Virus record (IMG/VR): IMGVR_UViG_3300034062_005626
DNA: 64,000 bases
From: a virus
Taxonomy: Duplodnaviria; Caudoviricetes
Strand: one strand, 5' to 3'
Shown here: positions 20,015 to 30,212 of the stretch, piece by piece
How the letters are laid out: every line of letters begins with the position of its first letter
How positions within the stretch are numbered: position 1 is the first letter of the stretch
Position numbers and translations under genes: made by a program
Notes under the pieces: generated by a model
The model's input: the letters and a program-made list of their open reading frames with translations, nothing else
The model's database searches: none
Told to the model about the DNA's origin: nothing

Positions 20015-21778
20015 ATGGAAGATTTTGTGCCTAAAACACCCGAATCAAAAGCCCTTTTAATATTAGATGATTACGAAGGGTCAAATAACTATATCCTTAA
20101 TTTAAAACACAAAAAAGAGAACAGTAAGTCTTTCGTACCCACAAGACCTCAGGCGGATTATATCAATAATTATAACACAACACAACCAAAAGTTGCAAAA
20201 AAATGGGTCAAACTTGATTCATATTTTGGTAAAAAACTGATGGAAGATAAGATGTATACTAAGGAACCTTCTGAAATATATGTTGAAAAATTGTTGGTTG
20301 AAAAAGACAAAGCATATCATATTTGGGGTAAGATATTTTCAGGAGAAACTTTACATGATTTTTGGATGCCAAAATCAGCCTTATTAAAAGATAATGAAGT
20401 TAAAAACATTTCTATTGATTATGGTAAGTACACTCATAGACCTCCTATGGAACATCAAAAAGAAGCAATCGAAAAACTTGTAAGAAATAAAAAGTTTATT
20501 CTGGCCGATGACATGGGTCTTGGTAAAACAACATCAACCATAATTGCAGCATTAGAAACGGGAGCCAAAAAAATATTAATTGTGTGTCCAGCATCATTAA
20601 AAATAAATTGGCAAAGAGAGATTGCAAATTATTCAGATAGGTCTGTTTATATTGCAGAAGGTAAGAAATTTTCAGACGAACATGATTTTGTTATTGTAAA
20701 CTACGACATCTTAAAAAATTTTCATGACATTAAAGAAAAGGATAAGTCAGAAATTATGAAAATTAATTTTGATTTGGTAATCATGGATGAAGCTCATATG
20801 ATTTCTAATCCACAAGCCCAAAGAACAAAAATCGCTAACGACATCGCAAGTAAATCAAATAGAGTTTGGTTATTATCAGGAACACCTATGACCTCTCGAC
20901 CTATGAATTATTATAATTTATTAAACCTTGTTGATAGTCCAGTGGCAATGAATTGGATGGCTTACGCTAAAAGATATTGTAATGGATTTCAATTTAGCGT
21001 TGGGAAAAGAAAGGTATGGAACGTTACAGGAGCATCCAATCTTGACGAATTAAGAGAAAGAACCTCAACACATATTCTAAGAAGGTTAAAAGAAGAAGTT
21101 TTGGATTTACCTGAAAAAATTATCACACCTGTTTATTTAAGACTCAAATCAAAAGACTACGAAGAATTAATGGGTGAATATTTTGATTGGTATGACCAAA
21201 ACCCTGAAGAGTCATCTTCACTTACAATTCAGTTTGGTAAACTAATGAAAGTAAGAAAAGTAATTGCACAAGAAAAAATTAATAACACAATCGAGTTAGC
21301 GGAGAACATTATAGAACAAGGTAAAAAGGTCATTATATTTACAAACTTTACCGACACATTAAATCAAATCTATAATCACTTTGGTAAATCTGCGGTTTAT
21401 TTAGATGGTAGTTGTTCTAAGTTTCACAGACAAAATGCGGTCGATGAATTTCAAACAAACGATAAAATCAAAGTATTTGTTGGAAACTTAAAGGCTGCTG
21501 GTGTGGGGATTACTTTAACCTCGGCGGAAGCTGTAATTATGAATGATTTATCTTTTGTTCCTGCTGAACACTCACAAGCAGAGGATAGGTCACATAGAAT
21601 TGGTCAAAAAAATTCAACATCAGTTTATTATCCTCTTTTCGAAAATACAATAGAAGGTGCAATTTACGACATATTAAATAGGAAAAAGAAAATTATCTCA
21701 ACAGTAATGGGTGACGATATGTTTGATGACGCATCCACAATAGAAGAAATGTTAAATTTAATTTCTAGCAATCGATGA
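20015..21778 (+). CDS. SNF2-family helicase/annealing ATPase (SMARCAL1/HARP-like), 587 aa
   Basis: Likely start MEDFVPKT at 20015; LADDMGLGKT (motif I), DEAH (II), LSGTP (III), AAGVGITLT, QAEDRSHRIGQ (VI). Confidence 0.9.
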   Translation: MEDFVPKTPESKALLILDDYEGSNNYILNLKHKKENSKSFVPTRPQADYINNYNTTQPKVAKKWVKLDSYFGKKLMEDKMYTKEPSEIYVEKLLVEKDKAYHIWGKIFSGETLHDFWMPKSALLKDNEVKNISIDYGKYTHRPPMEHQKEAIEKLVRNKKFILADDMGLGKTTSTIIAALETGAKKILIVCPASLKINWQREIANYSDRSVYIAEGKKFSDEHDFVIVNYDILKNFHDIKEKDKSEIMKINFDLVIMDEAHMISNPQAQRTKIANDIASKSNRVWLLSGTPMTSRPMNYYNLLNLVDSPVAMNWMAYAKRYCNGFQFSVGKRKVWNVTGASNLDELRERTSTHILRRLKEEVLDLPEKIITPVYLRLKSKDYEELMGEYFDWYDQNPEESSSLTIQFGKLMKVRKVIAQEKINNTIELAENIIEQGKKVIIFTNFTDTLNQIYNHFGKSAVYLDGSCSKFHRQNAVDEFQTNDKIKVFVGNLKAAGVGITLTSAEAVIMNDLSFVPAEHSQAEDRSHRIGQKNSTSVYYPLFENTIEGAIYDILNRKKKIISTVMGDDMFDDASTIEEMLNLISSNR

Positions 21779-21790
21779 TATTTATATATC

Positions 21791-22876
21791 ATGACCGTGG
21801 ATATTAAATATATAGATGTTGACCCAACAAAGGAGGATAAAGAATTAATTAACAAATTTATTTCTCAGTTGAAAAAAAATTATCCTTTAGAAAATGACAT
21901 AACAATCTTGTTTCAAAATAACAGAACTGGTAAAATGACCACAGGGTCAAGGACAGACAAACATAAATTAAAAATATTAGTTAAAGATAGATTAAATCGT
22001 GATGTGATGAGAACATTAGCACATGAATGGTCCCATGAACATCAAAGAACAGTTCTTAATAGAAAAAAAGGTAAAGACATTGGAGGTAAAAATGAAAATG
22101 AAGCCAGTTCTCAAGCATCTGAAGAAATAAAAAAATTCGAAAAAGGTAATAAAAAAATAGAAAAAGTTATTTATAAACCTTTTACAGAAAGAATTGAAAG
22201 AATAGAATCTTTGTTACAAATAGAATCTTTAGAAAAACAATCATTAATAAATGAAATTAAAAAAATAAGCGTAGATAAACTACCTTACGAATATGATTCT
22301 TTAGAAGTTTTTATTGATAGTGAAACAATGAAAACTCACTACAACAAACATTACAAAGGTTATGTTGAAAAATTAAATAAAGAATTAGAAAAAATAAGTG
22401 GTAAAGATTTAGACTTAGAACAAATTATATCTGACATTTCAAGTTTTAATACAATAGTTAGAAATAATGGTGGTGGAGCATTTAATCATGCGTTGTTTTG
22501 GAAAATGATGTCGCCTAAAAAACAAAAGTTAGACGACCCCATCAAAAGTAAAATAGAAAAGACTTTCGGTTCATTTGAAAAATTTAAAACAGAATTTGAA
22601 GACGCCGCCAAATCTCGTTTTGGTTCAGGTTGGGTATGGTTGATTCTTACAGATAAAAATAGATTGAAAATTGTAACCACCGCAAATCAAGACAACCCCC
22701 TAATGGATAATCAAGAAGAAAGAGGTTACCCCTTGTTAGGTCTTGACGTTTGGGAACATGCTTATTATTTAAAATACAAAAATCTAAGAGACAAGTACGT
22801 ATCTAATTTTTGGAAAGTGGTTAATTGGGGATTTGTTAATGATTTGTATTCTACTCAGTCTAAACTTAACAACTAA
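21791..22876 (+). CDS. sodA: HExxH metalloprotease-like domain fused to Fe/Mn (Mn-type) superoxide dismutase
   Basis: N-terminal RTLAHEWSHEHQ; SOD motifs LPYEYDSLE, THYNKHYKGY, NNGGGAFNHALFW, FGSGWVWL, NQDNP, LDVWEHAYY (all four metal ligands present). Confidence 0.9.
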   Translation: MTVDIKYIDVDPTKEDKELINKFISQLKKNYPLENDITILFQNNRTGKMTTGSRTDKHKLKILVKDRLNRDVMRTLAHEWSHEHQRTVLNRKKGKDIGGKNENEASSQASEEIKKFEKGNKKIEKVIYKPFTERIERIESLLQIESLEKQSLINEIKKISVDKLPYEYDSLEVFIDSETMKTHYNKHYKGYVEKLNKELEKISGKDLDLEQIISDISSFNTIVRNNGGGAFNHALFWKMMSPKKQKLDDPIKSKIEKTFGSFEKFKTEFEDAAKSRFGSGWVWLILTDKNRLKIVTTANQDNPLMDNQEERGYPLLGLDVWEHAYYLKYKNLRDKYVSNFWKVVNWGFVNDLYSTQSKLNN

Positions 22877-22900
22877 ATTATATTTATATAATAAAAACTT

Positions 22901-24022
22901 ATGGCAACTACTGTAATTATCACCGAACCTGAAAGAAGTAAATTATATAAAAGAATAAAAAATCTTTTAGGTGCCCCTATTCGTAGTGTTGAATTAGAAG
23001 ACGAAATGATGGATTCATTATTAGAATTATCTATTCAGGATTACGCACAGCACGTTAATGATTGGTTGATTGAAGCTCAATGGTCTTCTTTGAACGGTTT
23101 GAATTTAGATGAGCAATCACTAACAAGGGCCTTTACTACAAGAAGTATGGATTGGGAAACTCAATATACTTACGCATATTCAAAAATTGTGGGATTACAA
23201 GCTGGTGGCGATTATGTATTGAAAAAAGATTATATTGATTTAGTTGCAAATCAACAAATATATGAAATACCTGCAGGTCGTGAAATCAATGAAATATTAT
23301 GGTTTTCTCGTTCTGAATTAGACGCAGCGTATTTTGACCCGTTCATGGGTGGATTTGGTGGATTTGGTGGTATTGGTTTAGGTGGTGGAGCAGGATTTTC
23401 TCAAATGGGGACAACAGGAAATTATTTTATTACACCAGCCTTTGATATTTTACTTAGAATGGCTGACATTCAAATGAAAAGAAGAATCATAACAGGAGAT
23501 TTGACTTATAGAATAACGGCACTTCCTGAAGGAAAAAAAGCATTACATTTAATGAATGTACCTGGTGGAAAATTTGATTTTGGAAATATTGCTTATCAAA
23601 AATACAAAGTATGGTATTGGTATTATGATACTTTTGATAGAGATGATTGTTTAGCGAAAAATCCTGACGTAGTTAGACTTCCTTCTGACGTTCCAATTGA
23701 CGAAATGAGATGGGATGAATTAAATTCACCAGCAAAAACTTGGGTTAGAAGATGGTTTACGGCATACTGTAAAGAAACTTTGGCAAAAGTAAGAGGTAAG
23801 TATAGTGGTAGTTTAAAGACTCCTGATAGTGAATTAACCTTAGAGTGGCAAAGTTTGAATACTGAAGCCAAAGATGAAAAGGCTATGTTGTGGGAAGAAT
23901 TAAAAACTAGACTTGAAAGGTTAAGACCTGAAAAACAAATGGAACAAAAAGCCTTACAGGCTGAAAACTTGAACAAAGCCTTGAAATTTAGAGCATTTAC
24001 AAGTCCTTATAATATCATATAA
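22901..24022 (+). CDS. Neck/head-tail adaptor protein (T4 gp13-like)
   Basis: RIKNLLGAPIRSVELEDEMMDSLLELSIQDY resembles the gp13 N-terminus; C-terminal WVRRWFTAYCKETLAKVRGKY. Confidence 0.7.
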   Translation: MATTVIITEPERSKLYKRIKNLLGAPIRSVELEDEMMDSLLELSIQDYAQHVNDWLIEAQWSSLNGLNLDEQSLTRAFTTRSMDWETQYTYAYSKIVGLQAGGDYVLKKDYIDLVANQQIYEIPAGREINEILWFSRSELDAAYFDPFMGGFGGFGGIGLGGGAGFSQMGTTGNYFITPAFDILLRMADIQMKRRIITGDLTYRITALPEGKKALHLMNVPGGKFDFGNIAYQKYKVWYWYYDTFDRDDCLAKNPDVVRLPSDVPIDEMRWDELNSPAKTWVRRWFTAYCKETLAKVRGKYSGSLKTPDSELTLEWQSLNTEAKDEKAMLWEELKTRLERLRPEKQMEQKALQAENLNKALKFRAFTSPYNII

Positions 24023-24029
24023 TTTTTTT

Positions 24030-24362
24030 ATGTCAGTATTTAAATCTATTCCTTCAATTAGAATAATTAATGGTAATAGAGTTGAAACATCAGATTCTGC
24101 AATAGTTTCTAACTCTTACTATGAAACCGATGGTGAATACGTCATTATCGTTTCGGGTGTTGAAAATTGTGAACTTTTGTTAAATTCATCAAACACCGAC
24201 CACGTTGTTGTAAAATCTATGACGAATGTTTTAGTAAAGGGAGACTCATTAATTGATGAACAATATGAAGAAGTTGAATTAACTAAAGGTTCGTGCGTTG
24301 AGTTTAAAAAAGTCGGAAATTACTGGTATATATTATCTTCAGACGGATTAAAAAACTCTTAG
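24030..24362 (+). CDS. Hypothetical beta-rich protein, probably virion-associated
   Basis: Co-transcribed with the neck gene; 110 aa. Confidence 0.4.
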   Translation: MSVFKSIPSIRIINGNRVETSDSAIVSNSYYETDGEYVIIVSGVENCELLLNSSNTDHVVVKSMTNVLVKGDSLIDEQYEEVELTKGSCVEFKKVGNYWYILSSDGLKNS

Positions 24363-27187
24363 TCGAAACTAAGAGCCATTAAATCCCCATCCACATCAAA
24401 TTCAAAGTATTCATCAATATCCACCTTCTTTTGTTGTACGACAAATTCTTCCATTAACTTTTTGTTATTTTTAACCCAATCAACATCCACTAAATCAACA
24501 GTACCATCTAAATACATATAGTAAGGGTCAATACCTACGTTTTTCCAAAACGTTAATTCCATGTCAGATAATGTTAATACTTCCTCTAATGTATCTTGAT
24601 GAGTTTCTTTCATGGGGTAACCACGTACTAATTCAGTTTGGGACTTAGTAAAGATAGGTCTATCTTTTGGGTCTTCAATTAAAATGTCCTCTCTAATTTC
24701 AGGTTTATAAACAACAAGTAATGGTTCAATCCTTTTGTTAAAAGCCGCCAAATATCTTGGAACATTATACTCACCTAATAAATCAGGATTCATTTCTATA
24801 TCACGTTCATCAATCAAATAACAATTTAAAACTAATTCATCTTTTTTCTTTTGAACGTCTCCGTGAGATTTCTTTTCACCATTATTAACATAGAAGATTG
24901 TATCACCAAGACCAGGATTTTTACCTTCTTTAATCAAAAGTTCCATGTGTGCTTGACGGGACATCATATTTCCGGCCTTTGTTGTTTTAGTAATGTGAAC
25001 TTTATAATCGTCTATTGATTGTTTAACACGAGCTTTGTTTGCAATTTTTGCCAAAGGAATTTGTCTGTTATAAAGTTTGTCCACATATTCGTAGTAGAAA
25101 TCTAAAAACTCACCACCTTTACCGTCCAATAACATTCGAAGACCTTTGTCCAAAAATTCAGCAACATACGTTTGAAGTTTTTTAGATTTAATTGTATTAC
25201 CTGTAAGTTTTACTTTACCCTTATCTGTAAGAAGTGCGTAGTTTTTACGAGCCACATTAATTGTTGATGGCCAAACACCGTCAATATCCAATCCCATTTC
25301 ACCTCGTAAAAATAAATCATTGTATTCAGCAACATCGGCCTCGGCCCCAACATATTCTTTACCTTCTTTAACCAACCCATTTAAACCTTGACCAATGTAT
25401 TTATACGATTCTCTATCTTGTGGGGTTTCAAAGTTTACACCGTCCGTGTCCATTACAAGTGGAACATAACCTCTTTTCATAAAGAACATAATCATTTGAC
25501 GTAGGTATTGTCTACCTGTACAAGTAATCTGTTCACCCATATCAATATCACCCCACGGAAAAACTTGTGGTGCCGATAATGAACCAAAGAATGCGTTGAT
25601 AAAGATTTTAATTGGTAATTGTTTTCTGTCGTAAGAAATCGCAAGTTTTGGGTCAATAGATTTATATTCACTTGCTAAGTTCTTGTATTTAATACGAGTA
25701 TCACGGAAATACTTTAACATACTTTTCATTGCTCCTGTCACATCACACTTAGGAAACACATCGTGAACCAACTGAATAGATGGATATAGTGAAGAGTAGT
25801 CAAGTTTCAATACGTTTTTAGAGAACCCAACCTGTACCAAACGAGAAAGACCTCCTGTAAATTTTCTTTTTTCTAATTTTCTTGGTAATGCTAAATTATG
25901 TTTATATGACCATGCGGCCATAATCATTTTCCATAATGTCGCAGTTCCCATAGTTGAAAGTCTTTCATATGTTGTTGGTACAAGTTTAGACAATAAGAAG
26001 TTTGCTTGATTAAACTGTTCATCAACTATCATCGTTTCATAAAGGTCATCGTCCAAATAGTCCTCAATAATTTTTGAACCCGTAACTAATTTATAAACAT
26101 CATCTCTTCTTTTACAGATTTCATCTATTTTTGAATCAAACCCAACTTTTTTATAAGCTCCGTTTTCTTTGTTCATCCAATATTCAAGATTATCAAAATA
26201 GATTTTACCAATCTTATCCCCCTCAACGTAAACACGATTTGGTTTTTCAGCTTCAATAAATTTGGTGATGTACTTCAAAGACCAACTCTTAATGTCTGAG
26301 TTGATTGCTTGTGCTCTACGAACTGCGTGTGCAATATCAACAATATTATATCCCCACATCTGAGTCTGAACGTATGGTTCCATTTCGTTCGCCAACTTTA
26401 GAATACCATCTTTTTGTTTTAGTGTATAATCAGGATGTAAGGTCTTGCAGATTTTTTTGATATTAACTTTTAATATTTCAGCTCTTTTTAGAATAAATGG
26501 GAAGTCAAAGAATGCTGAGTTGTAACCCCCAATCAAAGATGGTTTTAACTCATCAATAGTCTTAAAGAAGTCGACAATCATTTGTCGTTCTTCATCTTCA
26601 TTTTGTGCTGATAATAATTTTAAAAAACCACGATTGTCTTTCATCCCTATCAAGAATATCTTACTTGTTTTAGGGTCAAGACCTGTGGTTTCAATATCGA
26701 ATACAAACCTGTGGATTTCATCGTATTCATCAAAACCTTTGAATAGTCTTTTACTTTTTTGAATTAAGTATTGTTCTACGGGTGATAATATTTGAATTGA
26801 GTCTGTATTATCTCTACCCCATGGGTCTAATCCACCACCCTTAAAGAAATTTACAAGATTAGAATATGACTTGGTTGTTTTAACTAAATACTTCAGTCCG
26901 TTTTCTAAACGTTCGTCATTGTGAGTATCAAGTTTTTCTATGATAATACCATTTTCACTCATCGCACGTTTTTGTGCGTGTTTGTCGTTCTTGTAAAAGT
27001 TTTTACCTTTCAAGTCACCAACCCAAGCAAATGGAATAAATGTGTCGGGACGTAATAATTTACCCTTAACAGGGTCTTGAATTACCTTATATATTTTAGA
27101 TGATTTGTAATCGTATTCGAGTGATACAATATATTTTTCGTCGTCTTCACCTAATAAAAAGCGTTCAATTTCTTCTTGTGGAACCAT
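24359..27187 (-). CDS. polB: DNA polymerase family B with 3'-5' exonuclease
   Basis: ExoI FDIETTGL, ExoII GYNSAFFD, motif A LDYSSLYPS, motif B KIFINAFFG, motif C MDTDG. Confidence 0.92.
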   Translation of the reverse strand: MVPQEEIERFLLGEDDEKYIVSLEYDYKSSKIYKVIQDPVKGKLLRPDTFIPFAWVGDLKGKNFYKNDKHAQKRAMSENGIIIEKLDTHNDERLENGLKYLVKTTKSYSNLVNFFKGGGLDPWGRDNTDSIQILSPVEQYLIQKSKRLFKGFDEYDEIHRFVFDIETTGLDPKTSKIFLIGMKDNRGFLKLLSAQNEDEERQMIVDFFKTIDELKPSLIGGYNSAFFDFPFILKRAEILKVNIKKICKTLHPDYTLKQKDGILKLANEMEPYVQTQMWGYNIVDIAHAVRRAQAINSDIKSWSLKYITKFIEAEKPNRVYVEGDKIGKIYFDNLEYWMNKENGAYKKVGFDSKIDEICKRRDDVYKLVTGSKIIEDYLDDDLYETMIVDEQFNQANFLLSKLVPTTYERLSTMGTATLWKMIMAAWSYKHNLALPRKLEKRKFTGGLSRLVQVGFSKNVLKLDYSSLYPSIQLVHDVFPKCDVTGAMKSMLKYFRDTRIKYKNLASEYKSIDPKLAISYDRKQLPIKIFINAFFGSLSAPQVFPWGDIDMGEQITCTGRQYLRQMIMFFMKRGYVPLVMDTDGVNFETPQDRESYKYIGQGLNGLVKEGKEYVGAEADVAEYNDLFLRGEMGLDIDGVWPSTINVARKNYALLTDKGKVKLTGNTIKSKKLQTYVAEFLDKGLRMLLDGKGGEFLDFYYEYVDKLYNRQIPLAKIANKARVKQSIDDYKVHITKTTKAGNMMSRQAHMELLIKEGKNPGLGDTIFYVNNGEKKSHGDVQKKKDELVLNCYLIDERDIEMNPDLLGEYNVPRYLAAFNKRIEPLLVVYKPEIREDILIEDPKDRPIFTKSQTELVRGYPMKETHQDTLEEVLTLSDMELTFWKNVGIDPYYMYLDGTVDLVDVDWVKNNKKLMEEFVVQQKKVDIDEYFEFDVDGDLMALSFD

Positions 27188-27277
27188 ATTTTATATTTTT
27201 AATTTTGGGTTATTATTCTCACAAACTATGTTGTGGTTTCCCTTTTTTAATAAATATAAAAATGAGTTGTGTTAATG

Positions 27278-27631
27278 TCAAACAATGTTTATATAAAGAT
27301 TTTCTCTAATTGGCGAAATCAATTCTCCATTTTGTAAAACTACTGAAAATTCACCTATAAACCTACCTTTTATTTTTGTATCGTTTGCGGTCCATTTGTA
27401 ATATAAATAATATTCAGTTGGACTATCGGGGTTATTTTTTAATTTTTCGACAATATAAGCTTGGTTCATAAATATTTTTTGTATTCCATTCTTTTCGTCT
27501 TTCATTGAAAAACGAATAATTGCATTATCTAAAATTTCTATAATATTTTTATAAGAGTCACTTCTACCGTCCACGACTGGTTCCATTTTCAAAATTGGTA
27601 ATGTAGAGTTTTGATTTATAAAAAATTCCAT
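27278..27631 (-). CDS. BppU-N-like Ig-fold virion protein
   Basis: FFINQNSTLPILKME...IRFSM...YYKWTANDT...GRFIGEF resembles baseplate upper-protein N-terminal domains. Confidence 0.45.
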   Translation of the reverse strand: MEFFINQNSTLPILKMEPVVDGRSDSYKNIIEILDNAIIRFSMKDEKNGIQKIFMNQAYIVEKLKNNPDSPTEYYLYYKWTANDTKIKGRFIGEFSVVLQNGELISPIRENLYINIV

Positions 27632-27649
27632 TTTTTCTTCTTATGTAGT

Positions 27650-30163
27650 TTATGAACAATTATTTAATACTTGAGTAACAACGCCATTTGAAATACTTAA
27701 TAATACGTAGTTTCCACCGTTTTGTGCAACATAAAATCCTGTCATACCATAGTAATTACATGTTGTAGGTCCACCATAGAACACCGTACCAACTTGAATT
27801 TGTGGAGTATCAATGTACATAGATTCAATTGCTCCATTGGTACTACATGTTCCTGCAGATAAACACAACAACGAACTACAAGCCAACGAATAACTATTTG
27901 AAAAATTACCATATTGATTAGTAGAAAAACTTAAATATGAGGATAAGTATGGGTGTGTTGTTAAACAAGGTACGGGTGTTGGAGCCGGAGGACATAATGC
28001 ACAATCTCCATTTTGACCATACACTTGACCGTTCCATGTCACAGTTTGAGGACCTGCAGATGGACCTGTAACAACATAACACTGACCATTTGTTCCACCA
28101 ACAACATAATAGTTGTCAAGATTTTGATATTGAGGAGGTATTGAAATAACTTCCGCATCAAACTCACCCGCACAAGGTATTGCAACTGCAAGTATATTTG
28201 CGGGTGTCGGAGTAGGGGTAGGTGTTGGGGTTGGTGTCGGAGTAGGAGTAGGTGTTGGGGTAGGGGTAGGTGTTGGAGTTGGTGCCGGAGTCAAACAATC
28301 AGGACACCAATAATCAAACAAATCAAATTTATCTTTTAAAATTCTAAAATTATGTTGTACTTGAGGACTTGCAAAAGGTTCAGTATACATTCTAAATTGT
28401 GATATACCCCCCATAAATGAACCCCCAAAATTTTGTTCAACAAGTATATTTGTGGTTAAACCACTTAAAGTTGTTGCTGACAATATTTCATTTGGAAATA
28501 ATTCAGGGTCTTGTATATATGGTCCTGTTAATAACGTATCTGCCGAAAAAATTAAATTGTCATGTAATCCTTGACTACCCCCACCCCAAGAAATATTAAA
28601 CGGTACACCGATTTGTTTTTCTTTTTCACAATTTAATTCTCTTGGAATTATTTCTTCAAAGTTTTCAATTATGGTGAATAAGTAACCGTTGATATATAAT
28701 TTTAGTCTTCCTAATCTATACCAAGTATCATCAAACCATTTATGGTCAAAAACAATTCTATAAACTTTATTTTCTTTTGTGTCTCCAGAATGTGTTTCAG
28801 GTGGCATAATCAAATTATATGCAGTCCCGTTTAAAATAGATTGATAAGTCACCTCTCTTATATCCCCTAAACCGCCAAGATTTAATAAATCACATTCTTC
28901 TATTGTTGTATATCTTTCAAAAACTGCCGTAACCATTACCCATCTGTCTTCAGTTATTGTCCCACAAACATAATCACATACATCATATATTGGTGGTGTA
29001 CATACTTCGGTTATGGTGTACCCTGTTTGAAAAGTAACACCAGTAGTTTCACAAACACCTGTTGTGACACAATCTCCTGTTATTTTAATGTATTTGATAC
29101 ATAAACTTGGATTTAAAGGACAACCACTAAATCTAATTGATAATGCGTTTGACAACACATCAAATTTAGGGTCTAATGGTGGAACTGGTATTTGTTCTGT
29201 ACATGCTCCACATCCACAACCAATTTGGTGAACTGCGGTTGTTGCACTTTGTGGGTAAAGTGTGACACAGTTAGCGTTTGTTACACCAGTATCAGAACAT
29301 TTACAACTTTGTAATGATGTTAAACCTGTGGTTGCCCTTGTGTATCCTGAATCCGATTCAGGACTTCCACTTGCAAAATGATAAAATTTGTTTTCGGCTC
29401 TTGTACCAAAATAGAAAAAAGTACCAGCATTACTCGGGTATTTTGTATTCAGATACTCTTCAGTTGATGTATTGATAATATATTCATCTAAGTTTCTTGG
29501 TTTTATAACCGTCTCCATGGTCCAACCTTTATTTACTCGCTCAGGAAAAACTTCATAATCATAACCAAAAAGTTTATAAAATCCTTGATAGAAACCACCA
29601 TATAATTCTTGATAGTAACCAATTGTTGGGTCACTTTTAGATACAATATTATACATAGATTGTTTTGGTCTACCTGAAAAAACAACATTTGGTAGATTGG
29701 TATACCCCGTAACCATATGCATTTTCATTCTTCTGTCGTAGTATATTGGGTTAAACTTATAATCATTTCTAACCCCCATAGTGTAATAAAGTGTTTGACC
29801 TGTCAACGAAGTAAATAAACCATTATCGGTTCCAACTATTCCAACATCACAAGTTCCCGTAAATGCCGAGATACAATCTAAATCAACATTATTAGGGTTG
29901 TAATAATTTTTACTAACTAAAGTAGCACCACTATAAAAGGTGTCAAACGACATTGGTATTTGAGGACAAGTGTTTGAATCCCCTAAATCAAATAAAATTG
30001 GAAGTCTATTTCCGTCATTGTATGCAATGAGTTCGTTAGAAAATACCACCTCTTCATCGTAGTCTTTTTCATCTCCGACAAGTGTAAAATCGAAATAGTC
30101 CGCAAAATTTAATTTTTGGGAATATTTTGGTGTAAAATATGAATTAATACTTTGACTTGGCAT
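27650..30163 (-). CDS. Virion fibre/decoration protein: lectin(LamG)-like core, Pro-Thr linker, Cys-rich C-terminal modules
   Basis: GWTMETVIKP...GRLKLYING...FMGGISQFRMYTEP (LamG-like); TPAP(TP)13 linker; many Cys pairs. Confidence 0.55.
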   Translation of the reverse strand: MPSQSINSYFTPKYSQKLNFADYFDFTLVGDEKDYDEEVVFSNELIAYNDGNRLPILFDLGDSNTCPQIPMSFDTFYSGATLVSKNYYNPNNVDLDCISAFTGTCDVGIVGTDNGLFTSLTGQTLYYTMGVRNDYKFNPIYYDRRMKMHMVTGYTNLPNVVFSGRPKQSMYNIVSKSDPTIGYYQELYGGFYQGFYKLFGYDYEVFPERVNKGWTMETVIKPRNLDEYIINTSTEEYLNTKYPSNAGTFFYFGTRAENKFYHFASGSPESDSGYTRATTGLTSLQSCKCSDTGVTNANCVTLYPQSATTAVHQIGCGCGACTEQIPVPPLDPKFDVLSNALSIRFSGCPLNPSLCIKYIKITGDCVTTGVCETTGVTFQTGYTITEVCTPPIYDVCDYVCGTITEDRWVMVTAVFERYTTIEECDLLNLGGLGDIREVTYQSILNGTAYNLIMPPETHSGDTKENKVYRIVFDHKWFDDTWYRLGRLKLYINGYLFTIIENFEEIIPRELNCEKEKQIGVPFNISWGGGSQGLHDNLIFSADTLLTGPYIQDPELFPNEILSATTLSGLTTNILVEQNFGGSFMGGISQFRMYTEPFASPQVQHNFRILKDKFDLFDYWCPDCLTPAPTPTPTPTPTPTPTPTPTPTPTPTPTPANILAVAIPCAGEFDAEVISIPPQYQNLDNYYVVGGTNGQCYVVTGPSAGPQTVTWNGQVYGQNGDCALCPPAPTPVPCLTTHPYLSSYLSFSTNQYGNFSNSYSLACSSLLCLSAGTCSTNGAIESMYIDTPQIQVGTVFYGGPTTCNYYGMTGFYVAQNGGNYVLLSISNGVVTQVLNNCS
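28202..28291 (-). repeat. Pro-Thr mucin-like linker repeat (TPAP followed by TP x13)
   Basis: Direct translation; synonymous variation between units (ACx CCx). Confidence 0.9.
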
Positions 30164-30212
30164 TTTTATTAATAAATACTTTAACAGAAGATATTTATAT
30201 AAAAAGTATTAA

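Noticed and set aside
24359-27187. Intein or intron in the DNA polymerase
   Set aside because: No C/S...HN-C/S/T intein boundaries or LAGLIDADG motifs seen; catalytic motifs are normally spaced
27188-27277. Possible small structured RNA between polB and the BppU-like gene
   Set aside because: Only a weak short hairpin; insufficient evidence
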